DNA of 64,000 nt from Tubiluchus corallicola. Lineage: Eukaryota > Animalia > Priapulida. The translations under genes were made by a program, and so were the position numbers. The number at the start of each line of letters is the position of its first letter. Within the stretch, counting starts at the first letter, position 1. The stretch is taken from assembly GCA_030141605.1 (NCBI GenBank), contig JAQGDQ010000626.1, positions 60,343 through 124,342 on the forward strand, written 5' to 3'. Positions 14,801-25,152 of this stretch are shown in pieces. The notes below the pieces were generated by a model. It made no database searches and was not told the origin of the DNA. It saw only the letters and a list, made by a program, of their open reading frames with translations.

Positions 14801-15201
14801 GTGTTTGTTTATTTAAAATTACAATTGCAAATTACAACATTAAAATTACATATGTTTGTTTCGTTTTACACAATATTAAAACAATGGCTAAAAATTTTTG
14901 AAGCAGCACCCCCGCTAATTTTAGCTACAAGCCACGACTGTACAGTACTATTAAAAACTAACATACCTCGTTTGCCAAAATAAACAACATCATCATCACT
15001 GAGGTTGTAGCTGCCGACAGTACGGTCACACTCGAGTATTTGGTAAGCTGCATTTCTGATGACGTAACTTGATTTAACGATGCAGCCCTTTTGTATGCAA
15101 AATTCAGCAATCAGACTGTTTACTTCAGTGCTAGGGTCCACATCAATTTCTATGCTACCAGAAGCTCCACCACTCAGTAAGCTAATCACTTGTAGATGCA
15201 T
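1198..15201 (-). CDS. ENTPD1: Ecto-nucleoside triphosphate diphosphohydrolase (CD39/ENTPD1/2/3/8-like) with an N-terminal ubiquitin-like domain; 9 coding exons visible, 3' end (ACR5, C-terminal TM) beyond the left edge
   Basis: Exons 15201-14967, 13236-13106, 10250-10133, 9272-9125, 7523-7364, 6441-6226, 4806-4651, 3836-3699, 1323-1198. All are GT-AG and phase-compatible, totalling 1428 nt = 476 codons with no stop. Motifs DAGSTHT, ATAGMRLL, ISGEKEG..W, DMGGASTQ. The exact paralogue is not resolvable. Confidence 0.93.
1393..1759 (+). mobile_element. Solo LTR (367 bp)
   Basis: 7-bp terminal inverted repeat TGTTGTG...CACAACA, perfect 5-bp TSD GTGGT (1388-1392/1760-1764), TATATAA near 1516, AATAAA near 1686. 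Confidence 0.88.
1765..2240 (+). mobile_element. CR1/L2-type LINE 3' fragment, interrupted by the solo LTR
   Basis: (NLRG)HNYKVLKHYSRLDVYKYLFANRVVPTWNDV, typical of the CR1 ORF2 C-terminus, followed by a 3'UTR and AATAAA. Confidence 0.75.
2545..2840. repeat. (AATAT)n / AT-only low-complexity tract
   Basis: Direct reading. Confidence 0.9.
3699..3836 (-). CDS. ENTPD1: ENTPD exon 8
   Basis: NKTYEFQGTSDYMACQLKLQILLVVNCTDCPFQPMSAQPALHGDFL, matching the CD39 GTG..C..C..C.F..P..GDF pattern; tctAG/GTACAA. Confidence 0.9.
3857..4060. repeat. 13-bp minisatellite TACAATGCTGCA(G/A), about 15 copies
   Basis: Direct reading; explains the MLQYNAAVQCC ORFs. Confidence 0.95.
4651..4806 (-). CDS. ENTPD1: ENTPD exon 7
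   Basis: ASNFTTIVENPCAPTGNSTYSTGTELFRKPCVGDEEAVTAWGSLLSLPQHAE (NPC..G and PC cysteines); cacAG/GTAACT. Confidence 0.9.
4876..6046. mobile_element. piggyBac-type non-autonomous element (1171 bp) containing a (TG)n tract
   Basis: TTAA|CCCTTTCACTA ... TAGTGAAAGGG|TTAA: perfect 11-bp TIR and TTAA TSD. Confidence 0.85.
5712..5892. repeat. (TG)n microsatellite
   Basis: Direct reading. Confidence 0.95.
6226..6441 (-). CDS. ENTPD1: ENTPD exon 6: ACR4
   Basis: PKLVARKPTVGALDMGGASTQLTFEP...LYGESYTVYTHSYLCYGKMEAENRFKAALVV; tgcAG/GTAAGT. Confidence 0.97.
6598..7093 (+). mobile_element. 5S rRNA-derived SINE (SINE3), copy A; 5'-truncated head, longer body, (CAA)n tail
   Basis: GCCTGGTTAGTACTTGGATGGGTGACCGCCT...GCAGGCTT is the 5S 3' half, with no oligo-T terminator; body shared with 13904-14274. 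Confidence 0.88.
7364..7523 (-). CDS. ENTPD1: ENTPD exon 5: ACR3 (catalytic Glu)
   Basis: SLSDPQASKAIMSAVRTAMQNSVFDYKNASIISGEKEGSFSWVTVNYLNGDLNE; tatAG/GTGTGT. Confidence 0.96.
7665..8020 (+). repeat. Dispersed repeat; inverted copy at about 38345-38715
   Basis: For example gtgaaaaggtcaa...aacagctagctagaaccttacctagttc is the reverse complement of 38560-38665. Confidence 0.8.
8438..9005 (+). mobile_element. Non-autonomous Helitron, internally deleted copy
   Basis: A|TCGTATATATTA ... GCAAAATTTTTTGC hairpin ... CTAG|T; homologous to 25607-26328. Confidence 0.85.
9125..9272 (-). CDS. ENTPD1: ENTPD exon 4: ACR2
   Basis: AGISTYDKNPDAAGKAIEGLLNDAQRIIAEDHQATTPLYLGATAGMRLL; gtcAG/GTGGGA. Confidence 0.96.
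9500..9969 (-). mobile_element. Partial inverted copy of the Tc1/pogo-type MITE at 12033-13082
   Basis: Ends TTAAGCGAGGACTTACTG|TA; internal blocks are reverse-complementary to 12176-12280 and 12680-12890. Confidence 0.8.
10133..10250 (-). CDS. ENTPD1: ENTPD exon 3: ACR1
   Basis: YGIVIDAGSTHTKLFVYKWDPHKNAGTAIVKEAGSFQHD; AG/GTATGC boundaries. Confidence 0.96.
12033..13082. mobile_element. Tc1/mariner (pogo/Tigger-like) MITE, 1050 bp
   Basis: TA|CAGTAAGTCCTCGCTTAA ... TTAAGCGAGGACTTACTG|TA. Confidence 0.9.
13106..13236 (-). CDS. ENTPD1: ENTPD exon 2: N-terminal transmembrane helix
   Basis: (V)MQDDKTFGCSNWWILTGVSFLIGAGGLVAISVIYANSLRHESD; acceptor tttttttgtAG, donor GAT|GTAAAT (phase 0). Confidence 0.88.
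13904..14274 (+). mobile_element. 5S rRNA-derived SINE (SINE3), copy B; boxes A and C present, internal deletion
   Basis: 5S-like 13906-14002 (AACACCAGTTCTCGTCTGATGACCGAAGTTAAGC...TGGATGGGTGACCGCC...GTAGGCTT); degenerate TSD aagtaggctgttc/aagtagactgtac. Confidence 0.9.
14440..14940. mobile_element. hAT-type MITE, 501 bp
   Basis: CAGTGGCGGCTCGT ... ACAAGCCACGACTG imperfect TIR with perfect 8-bp TSD TACAGTAC. Confidence 0.85.
14967..15201 (-). CDS. ENTPD1: ENTPD coding exon 1: ubiquitin-like (beta-grasp) domain, 78 aa
   Basis: MHLQVISLLSGGASGSIEIDVDPSTEVNSLIAEFCIQKG...LECDRTVGSYNLSDDDVVYFGKR aligns by eye to ubiquitin (ITLEVEPS, LEDGRTLSDYNI). Phase-1 donor G|GTATGT at 14966; candidate acceptor ttcattaAG at 15214-15215. 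Confidence 0.75.
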
Positions 15202-15213
15202 TCTTGGCTGTGG

Positions 15214-18200
15214 CTTAATGAAGAAACATTAGGCCTTTGTCAAAGCTTTACTAATAGTAACCTATAATGAGTATGATTATTATGGTGTTTAACACAACTT
15301 TGAAATGTAAATGCAAATGAAACTATTGTTAAGGCCAACAATAAATATACTTTTTAATAAACTTAATATTGTGGGATTTTTCATAAAAAGAAAGTAGAGG
15401 ATCTACAGGAGAGCTACAAGCTCTAGTCACCAGCTCATTTTACTGCATTTTACGCAGTTTCAGTGATATTCTTCAAGAAGTTTCGCCAGTTTAAAAGTCA
15501 CTATAATTGTCAATTACCAAAAAGTTTTTAAAAAATACATTTAATTACATGCCAGGATGTTGGTATACACTGTACATTACTTTTAATACATTTTTAAAAG
15601 CAATAACGTAGTAAGTGTTTGTGGCGTCAGGGAACAAAAAACTTCTAGCGCCCTACCCTTTTAATGTTTTGATCATGTTCTGTGGTTGAAGCCATAAATT
15701 GTGCACATTTTTTGTGTCCCTCAGCCTGACTCTCCCGTTTCGAAATGATGGGATAAGGGTTAAACAATTTTTTTCTAAAAATCACCCTGAGTTTGATTTG
15801 TGATACTGCACCAGAATAACTCTTCTATGCATAAGTTGCTCATAACACGACTGTCTTTAAACATTCAGCTTCGCATTAAAACATGCAAAGATTATAAAAG
15901 ATACAAAACACAATAGGTTTTCACAATAATACAATCGGCATTTAGAGAAACGCGCATTTTTCTCCCAAAATTATCGATCTGCAAAGCCACGCGACACCCG
16001 TTACTTAACAACATTAGCCTTCTTTCTAGGCTGTATATAGTAATTAAGTCAGCTACGATGATCTCTGACTAGGCAATTTTGTTGCAATTTAAAAACTTTT
16101 CACAACTGTTTTGTTACTGTTGGATTAGTAATTAATAATTAACAGATAATGAATTCGAGAAGTTTTGTGCCCTCTCATCCTTGCGCCCGGGTGCGATTGC
16201 CCCCACTCAAATGTGGGAGAATCTCAGAAGCATCTACGGACCACACCCTCCCGAAAGATCACGTATTTTAATAAGTAAGTTAGTTCTTTATTTGCCCATC
16301 CCTACTTGTGGGCGGAGGTTTAAAGCCTCAAGCTGTTATGTTTATTGCAAAACCATGAAGAGCATTGAAAAACCATGAAAAAGATGGCACTGCTTTTGTA
16401 TGGGGCAAAGCAGTATGCGGCTCTACAATACACAGTGAAACAATACATGTCCCAATTTTGGGAAACCCTACTCGGCCTATTTTGGAACAAAACTGAGTTA
16501 CTGATATCATTCTTCGTACCAGGCTGCATTTGACCAGCAAACTATTTGATGATCTGAAGCTTATTAAACAAGTTATTGCCAATCGATGTTTTCAGCACAG
16601 CTGCATTTTGAGTTGCAACCTAGTAAGTCCATTGATTTAAAAATTACTAAAAAATATTTGCAGAATAATAAACTGCATTTTAATGTGCATTTTGTTCCAA
16701 ATCTTAAGGTAATCCCTTAAAACATTGCTTCTCGGCAAACTAAAACTTGGCATACCTGGTATGGTATTGTATGGTAAAACTGTTTTTCGCATTTTCTAAA
16801 AAATTGCTGAAGTGGACTAATAGGTATTTGAGGGAACGGGAGACACAACAAGGCCATACATGGGAATGCGGAGCAAGCGCGAACGACCTACGTAATGTAT
16901 ACTATAATATATCAACTATACTATAGTGGTACAACTAACTTAAAGTAGAACACCTACGGCTTACGCGATCAAGCCTAAAAGTCAGAACTTAGGCGCATCA
17001 CTTTAACCGAAAAACGATTAGTATATAAAGCTATAAATGATTTTTTACAAACTATCATCCCTAAACTCAAAATTTCGTGGATAATGTGGAACGTTACCGA
17101 ACCGAACCTATTGCTTGTTTAGTGTTTAACGCAAACGGGGAAACCTTCGACTTGCAATTTCTGTATTGTTTCGCGCATCAGCTATGAGCCCGACACTTGG
17201 CTCAATGTATCCACAAAAAAAGCTGTAGGCTATAATCGTCTAATCGTTTTACACCAATTTTTCTAGCAACGCACAGTTCACAGAAGCATTACAAGCGTGA
17301 AAGTGTGCAAAGATAATTATGTTCCCATGAAAAATTAGTTAAAATTTTGTTAATTTTATGCTGTTGGGTCACCCTCCAAATTATTTTCATTACCGCTAAT
17401 CAATGAAATGTGAAAATAGTTGTAGGTTGAACACCAATACCCGTTCAGTTTTTTAATTCGATTCGAACTTAAAATCACAGATTTTATATAATTCAGTATT
17501 TCATCCACATACGTTCTTTATTATTAAAACGTTTGAAACATCATGCAATTAGCACAATTTAGTAGCGCTTTTTATGTGCATTTTTTAAACAAGTTATAAG
17601 TGGTTTTATTGCAGAACAAAATCGAGTAATATGCATTATCTTTGCAACACTGCTTTGCACTGGTGGTTCGAAAACTTGTTCGAAAATGTTTCATACTCAA
17701 TTCGCATTCGAAATACTAAAATTCGGTTTGATTCTAATTCGACAGTCACAAATTCGATTCGGTTTGAAGTCAGTTTCTGGTAGAGAAGCCTACTGTCCAT
17801 ATCACAACAGCATAGTTTACAAAATATTGAAAAAATTGCATCCCATTGTCTACACAGGATAGTGACAACAATGGTAACAATAGTGATAATGCTTTTATTG
17901 CTTTGTAAATGCTTGTGGTCCAGTAAAAATGTTACTTACTTTTCATATTACAGTGTTACTGAAAAGCACGTATTAGCACAGAAAAATAAAAAATATCCTA
18001 TGTGATTATGATAGAATTACCTTGACTTCGTTGAATTACAACATATCGGTATTTCACTTACATAATACACAGATTTACATAGTACTTTGCTATTTTTTAA
18101 ATCCCACAATTTAATGCCATCGATAACTAGTTATTTTTTATTTATTTTAGATTAAATTATGTGTATATACAAAATTATGTAACGGGCGTTAACTGGCCAT

Positions 18201-19525
18201 ACACTTACACTTGCACCATACAAATATGTAGCAAAAATACTGCCGACAGTTCAATATTATTAATCTATGTGCTGTTTCGTAAATCGCAAACAAAGTTTAC
18301 ACAATTTACATATTTTATAAACATATAGCCAGGCATTTATACTGTAAGACCAAAGTGCAATTTTAGCTGCCAATAATTCTTAATCAGTGAATTGAATTAA
18401 GTTGCACTCGCACAGCATCTACTGAGAAACTGAAGTAAGACGGCAAATATGACTTCTAGCATGTTTTCATGTCTACCTAAGTAAGCAATTAACGTCAAAT
18501 TAAAACGCTCTCAATATCGTGTTTTAGCTTTAATGGGATGCAGTCACGTGCTGCCATCTGCACACATGATAATGAAGAAAGCATGTGACAGAAACAGTTA
18601 CGCATGATTGTGTGTTGAGACCTTAACCTGAGACCAGAAAAGAATTCAAAAACTATTTCTGAAATGATAAAAATACGTTGTTAGATTTAAGTATTGAAAG
18701 CCATCTGTTTAATATTGCTGAAAGTGAAATAATTGTTTTTTTCTGAAACAAAGACTTTTTAGGTCCAAACGGTAGTACGAACACCCCACCCGGAATCATC
18801 AAGAGGACCTGACAGGAGGAGTTCTGTTTCTGCCGCTTTTTCTCACAGCATCAGAAACCCAGCCAGCCGCCGACAGTGCACAGCTTCGATAGAGTGACAA
18901 CCACACGAAAGCTGAATGTTACGTTATATTATATGGCTAGCTTATCGCAAGAACGAAAAAGTTGATGGCGTCACCAAACACAGGCAGTAATCTATTCACT
19001 GCCGTTATTTTGCTCGTACGTTGCACCACATTGCAGCCTAGTGCAGTGTTGCAGTTTTCCGTTCATAAAAATAACTGGAAAGTGTGGTCTTTATTTTTAC
19101 TTGCTAACTTTAATGAAGCTACGTGAAACTCTGCATATCCCCAGCCTCTGTTACAGATATTATGAGAATCTACTAAACAGCGATACTTGGATCCGTTCTA
19201 TTACAACTACTTAACTACTAATTTTTAAAGGTCTTCGGAATTTAATTAAAATTACGTTTGTATAAGAAACTGCAAGCGTGACATTCGATCATGCAAATCG
19301 GTTTTGCTTGCATTGTTTTTGCCAGCATTTGCGTTTTCCTGAGTCGATTCCACAGCTGATTACGTGAAAAGAATAAACAATCTACGTTTAGAACTGCGCT
19401 GAGTGACTGTGCATAGCAGCTCTGATCTCAGTGTACTGTGCAAGCAGCGAGCTGTTACAACAAGTATAGCTACACTGCTGTAAGCGTGTTTTCTTGTGCC
19501 CTAATTATGTTCCAACTTCAGCTAA
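15214..19525. promoter_or_regulatory. Divergent intergenic/5'UTR region between ENTPD and ARID5B; must contain both promoters unless 5' exons lie further out
   Basis: The two ATGs point away from each other, 4.3 kb apart. TSS positions cannot be determined from sequence. Confidence 0.55.
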
Positions 19526-19955
19526 ATGGGACCTTCAAAAATTGAGGTGGGTTTAGTTTTGCTTTTAAACCAGCTCAGCTATTAATAAAATTGACAGTAA
19601 ATTTATGTACATGAATTGCTTGAATATTTAATTTAGCTTCGTGTAGCTAAGTGTTACTGTAGTGTTTTAATTATTATAGCATTATAGGATGCTTTTATCG
19701 ATTTATTGTATTGATCGTTATAAAGGTGTTGTTGTTATAATGGGACCTTCAAAAATTGAGGGGGGTTTATTTTTGCTTTTAAACCAGCTCAGCTATTAAT
19801 AAAATTGGCACTAATTTTATATACATGAATTGCTTGAATATTTAATTTAATTAGCTTCGTGTAGCTAAGTGTTGCTGTAGTGTTTTAATTATTATAGCAT
19901 TACAGGATGTTTTTATTGATTTATTGTATTGATCGTTATAGTGGTGTTGTTGTTA
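19525..19955 (+). repeat. 214-bp tandem duplication of the ARID5B start codon, first donor and intron start
   Basis: ATGGGACCTTCAAAAATTGAG at 19526 and 19740; copy 2 has GG instead of GT at the donor. Confidence 0.92.
19526..19546 (+). CDS. ARID5B: ARID5B-like coding exon 1 (MGPSKIE)
   Basis: ATG GGA CCT TCA AAA ATT GAG|GTGGGT. Seven codons, phase 0, equivalent to ARID5B MEPNSLQ, and joins in frame to FLGNPCG. Confidence 0.8.
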
Positions 19956-20219
19956 GAACTTATTTTCTTAGTAAGCACAATTTCTTTTGTTAATCTAGAG
20001 GCCTAGTATTAATTATCGATAATAATTATTAAACATTTTAATAGGGTAAATCAATATTAGAACACACATTGTAGCATTGTAGCAAGTATAGCTGATTTTT
20101 AGCAAAAAATATAATATTTATAAGGCTTTTGTTCCGACTGTGCACTTGATAAATGAATCTGCAGATTGTACAGTATACACCAATTAAATCATTGATGATT
20201 TAAACATTTTCTTGTTTAG

Positions 20220-20480
20220 TTTCTGGGCAATCCTTGTGGTGAGCACGGAGCGTACGTTTTCTTCAAAAGCCTTCAATACGACGATGCCGTGACAGGCAAG
20301 CAAAAAACTTTGACCCTTGGACAATTTTTCTTCCTGAAGATATCTAATGATTTTCCATTTTGCATCGGAGAAATACAGCTACTTTGGGAGGATCGAAACG
20401 CCAAGGAACGCCTGTCTAGTTCCAGGCTGTACTTCCTGCCGGAGGACACGCCAAATGGAAGACAGAGCAGGGATGGCCAG
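20220..20480 (+). CDS. ARID5B: ARID5B-like exon 2: BAH domain
   Basis: FLGNPCGEHGAYVFFKSLQY...LTLGQFFFLKISNDFPFCIGEIQLLWEDRNAKERLSSSRLYFLPEDTPNGRQSRDGQ, matching ARID5B WVGSPCGLHGPYIFYKAF...IAELQLLWEE...SSSKLYFLPEDTPQGR; tttAG/GTGAGC. Confidence 0.95.
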
Positions 20481-21866
20481 GTGAGCCTAGTGGTAATTTT
20501 GTTCCCAAAAAATCAATTTGTAAACCCCCATTAATTGTACAATTCAGAGCTGTACTTAATTGCACGCGTAGCTGCTGGCAGTTTCTGTGTGTCTTAAAAT
20601 TGTGTTTAAAAGAGGAAGTGAAGATCGTGCTTGCCAGAATTATTGATTATTTATCTGTTGAATTAATTGTGTAATCTCACTGATCCCTATTGAGCTGTTT
20701 TCCACGTAGAATGAAAGTCGAAATGAAAGAAAATTTAATAATGTCGTGCTAATTAGTACTAATGTTTGTAATAAAGCTTCATTAAGCATTAAAGCGTACT
20801 GAATCAAATGAACGAAAATGATATCTACTAATTGACAGAAAAAGTGACAATTATTAATGTCAAGCATTGCTTTTTTGTCTACTGAATAGCATTTTTAGAC
20901 AAAGCCTTTGATTAGGTGAGGTTGCTTTGTTCGTTTTATTCTTTCAGTATTTCACACAATAAAATGTCTCGAGTCGCCAACTGGTATCTAATGAATGCCT
21001 TAATCAATGATCTCTCTGCTGTAAAAGCTTTAGCATCTTGCCGTCAACAGGCTGGGCTGTTTATAGAAGCGTAATGTATACAAAGGTCTACCTGCCATGC
21101 TTCACCTGTTTCAAAAATGTTGGAAGTGATTGAATGGTTGCTGCGTTTATGTACAATTTCTCTGCGTTACAGCCTGCTTACCCAGAGCGACGTTTTACCC
21201 ACATTAATTAATGAACCGCAATTAGGCATAAAATATTAATCACACAGTTACTGTACCGGTTATTTTGATTTTAGTTGAAACTGTGTTGAGTAAAATTGTG
21301 GCCCCAGGCATTCGAAGGTTCATTCGGATGTTGTAATATATAAATGATGAAGAAAAACCCAAGGTACAGTAGGGAACATTTGTGATTTTTGTTGCTGATC
21401 GAATATTCAGTTTTGCTGTTTGATCGAATAACGAAAATTTGTCGCTATTGTAGATTACTTTGAAAGTCTGAAATTGGACATCTTAATTGATTTTTTTCTA
21501 AGAAGCTTGCTAGCCATTATTAACAGCAAAGAAAAAATGGTGATCAAAATTATATTAGTGACACTTTTGTTATTAATATGCGTCCTGAACACTAAGTAGG
21601 AAAGTAATCGAAGCATTAAATTTTTAACGCCTAAAAGCTTGCTTCGACCTAATTAATGAACCATCGTCTTTATATTGCAAAGAGAAACAGAAATCAGCGC
21701 TTTTAATCACTGCTGCTGCTACCCGCTGCAAACTGAGCTAAGAAAATGGCTTTAGTTTAGAGAGCGATAGACCGACCTGTTTAGATTGCTGTTCGAAATG
21801 CCTGTATGTATAATTAAGGCGCTAACATTGAAGTGGAAGGGGGTGGGATCAGCACGAATGTGTTGC

Positions 21867-22214
21867 TGATTTTGATCTGTGTCATCACGATCTGCCATTT
21901 TCCAGATTAAACTGGATTTGTAAGAAATACACTTTTCTGGTAATCTATGTATAGTGATTAATATACACATAGTATGGTACACATACACATATACATATAA
22001 CATATACACATACAATGGTATGCATTGATTTATATTGATATATTGATATACTGATATATTGATATATTGGTAAACATTGATATATATATATATATATAAA
22101 TATATATATATACAACCACTATACAAAGTTTACTAGAAAAGTGCATTTCTTACAAACCCATTTAATCTGCAAAGTAGCAGATCGTGATGAATGTAATGAA
22201 ACAGATCAAAATCA
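21867..22214. repeat. Imperfect inverted repeat (arms about 100 bp) around an AT microsatellite spacer
   Basis: tgattttgatctgt...aagaaatacacttttctggtaa versus ttactagaaaagtgcatttctt...acagatcaaaatca. Confidence 0.8.
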
Positions 22215-24067
22215 TACAAAGTTATACTACAAAGTTAATTAGAGTTATTTTATATTTTACTTTTTTACGTCACTTGTTTAATCTAGGCTAGGGAGTATGT
22301 ATGATGTTGATAAAGTTGGTGTAATCATTATAGTAATTATTATGCTACTAATGATGATTTAAATAATTATTAATTAGTAACGTAATAATATCGATAGGGT
22401 AATTAGTTACTAACCATGATAATTAAGATGAACTGTTTACAAGTCGCTGAGACACGTAAAAACGTAACAAGATTTTAAGAAAGGGATTTGAGAGGTGAAT
22501 AATGGAAGATTAGAAGCACTAGCCAAGTTAAAAGATCCAATGGCGTTATGGGCAAAGCTGTAAATACTAAATCAGTTACCATACACACAGCTACCACCGC
22601 CTTAATTACTTTAATTGGGGACTCGTTCAATTAGTATAATTACACAGTTCAATAATTAACATACGTTGCTCATTCGGTACTTTACAGAACATTCGCCATT
22701 AAGTTCCATTATCGCATTAAAACCTTATTAATCTTTCCGTTTTTATGAAAAATTGTCAAACAAGAAAATTATTGTAATTATTACAATTGCGTAATCATCA
22801 CCAGTTGAGTGGCTCAACGAAGAAAATTGTTATTGATCGATGAAAGCGGCTGTTTAGTAAGCAGCCCATTCTACCGACCACCCCCGCACGAGATTAAAGC
22901 GACCCTGCGGGGTATTAATGTAGGCTTGTCATATGATGAGCTCTGCGTTGCCAAATTCCAATTTGGGTGCTATTTGCCCGTTCCGAGCCAAATGCTGTAT
23001 GTGCTGCGAAGCACTGGGGGTGGCTAGACCTGCCATCAATACTAGCAATAATGTAATCGAGCTGTAACCGTGGTGAATTAGTCATTTTTATGGCCGTCTT
23101 TGGAATTTATAATAATTACGACGCGGAAAAACATGGATTTTGTCATTTGCTAATGTTGCACGGATTAAATTTAATTTAGTATATTTTGTGCAAACGATGT
23201 ACACCTAATTACCTATAAGGCAATTATCTTTTGTGCCTTACCCAACGAAGGCGATATTATAATCTCTAAGTTAGTTTAGTTTTAGTTTAGTTTATTATTA
23301 TTACATTCAGTACAATATAATGACATTAAGCACACAGTGACATCAAAATTATTACGTCATACTGTATTAAATTGTTATGTTTCATACACTATCGTTATCA
23401 TAAAAGAATAATTGTACTGCAGTGGGCTAGAGAAGCAAAGGCTTGTGTAAGCCCACTGTCATGTGAACCCGATAAAAAAGGAATGGATGAGTTATATTTC
23501 TTATATTTCTTTCACTTTAAGAATTTTAAGAAATTATATTTATGGCATGGTCATACCTTACATGATAACATCAGTTTAAGAATTTTGTTTTGTGTTATTT
23601 GTAAAGCTTCCAGATTACTTTTATATGTTTACTTTATGGAATGAGTAAACACAACATAGCAACATAACACAAACTTTTGCGTGTTTTGACCCGTTCCGCA
23701 TAGTCCCAGCTGTATAAACTGCATGACTGCTTTTGTTTTAGAAATTTTGGACCCCACTTTGTAGTTTGAATTAAAGCGTTTTGCCGAATTTCATTTTATT
23801 TTATGTTTCTCATCCTATTCCATAGTCCATACACAACGGAATGACTGACCGAAGATAACTAAGTGTAACTAAGTGTAACTAGTGCTGCTTACCTTGCCTA
23901 GGCTATTTGAAATGAGCTAAAGTTATCTAAAGTGTTTACGTAATGCACTGGTGAGCTTATGCAATTGTTGATTGAGGGTACAAGTCTACCTGGTCCCTAG
24001 TTTTCTCTTCCTTTTGCTCCTCACTTAGGGTTGTCACCTCTTCACGATCCAAAATCTGGTGTCAAGA

Positions 24068-24206
24068 ACCAGCTAGGGGGTCAGGGTACCAGCTAGGGGG
24101 TCAGGGTACCAGCTAGGGGGTCAGGGTACCAACTAGGGTGTCAGGGTACCAGCTAGGGTGTCAGGGTACCAGCTAGGGTGTCAGGGTACCAGCTAGGGGG
24201 TCAGGG
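24068..24206. repeat. 20-bp G-rich minisatellite ACCAGCTAGGG(G/T)GTCAGGGT, about 7 copies, inside a probable degenerate hAT element (about 24026-24737)
   Basis: Direct reading; flanks TAGGGTTGTCACC ... GGTGGCAAC. Confidence 0.85.
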
Positions 24207-24947
24207 CAGTATGAAAACCGACCCATTTCCTATATCTTTCACGTCTTATGAATCCTTTTTCGGAAACAAAAATCAAGAAATGTAAACCGTAGAGTGTAAA
24301 TTGCTTGATTTTAAGCTTTACACAGTCCGTGTACCTTTCACACATTTTCGAGGTTTTTGGAGATGAAATTATTATGAAGTTATGTTAAATTATTATGAAG
24401 TTTATGTTACATAAATTAAAACAAAACAGAAGAATACTTGATTACTTGCACTGCACTTGTCACTGCAGCAAAAATTGGCAAAAAATGATGCCTTAAAATA
24501 GATTAAACTCGTTTTTTTAAGTTTGCTTTTATCTTAACAGGGATTTCCTTGTTTAGCTTGACCGCATGCAAAGTTTGAATATGCAATGTGCAATTTCAGT
24601 TTCTTTCCGTTTACATTTGAATACGATAATCAAAATCGGGAGATTTCAGAATTTTTCAAAAATCCGACCGAACTACGAAGCTATGGCTGAATTTCAGGAG
24701 ACTCCTGGGCAGATCAGGAGCGGTGGCAACTGGGCTACCTTCATCTCCTCCAGGGGAAGTTTCTATGTTTTGTGAATAATTTGTGATTTCATAACCTTGT
24801 TACGGGGTTGGTATAACCGAACTTATGCTACTAGGTATAGGGGGAAATTCTAGAAATGTTTTAAAAACTAAGATCACTGGATCCCTCGTGGTGCACACAA
24901 ACAAGCTATGTAACTCCACAAATTTTATTTTTGATTGTTACGTGGTA

Positions 24948-25152
24948 TCGTATATATTAATTCTACTGGTATGTTATACATATATATATATGTATATTTA
25001 TATATATATATAAGATTCGAGGCTACAGCTCGGACGACGGCACCATTTGCGGCGATCTATACATCAAACGAAAGGTCTCGATCTAGTGTCGTGCCATTGG
25101 GGGGTTTATTTTTCGAATCGGGCCCACCGGGAGGAACGGAGGGGGGGGCGAA
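24948..25152 (+). mobile_element. Helitron 5' fragment (a second stub lies at 9446-9485)
   Basis: A|TCGTATATATTAATTCTACTGGT(AT)n AAGATTCGAGGCTACAG, as at 25607. Confidence 0.75.

Noticed and set aside
17098-17200. Candidate non-coding first exon of ENTPD (minus-strand donor TCG|GTAACG at 17097)
   Set aside because: The position is plausible, but a single weak donor is not enough evidence without transcript data.
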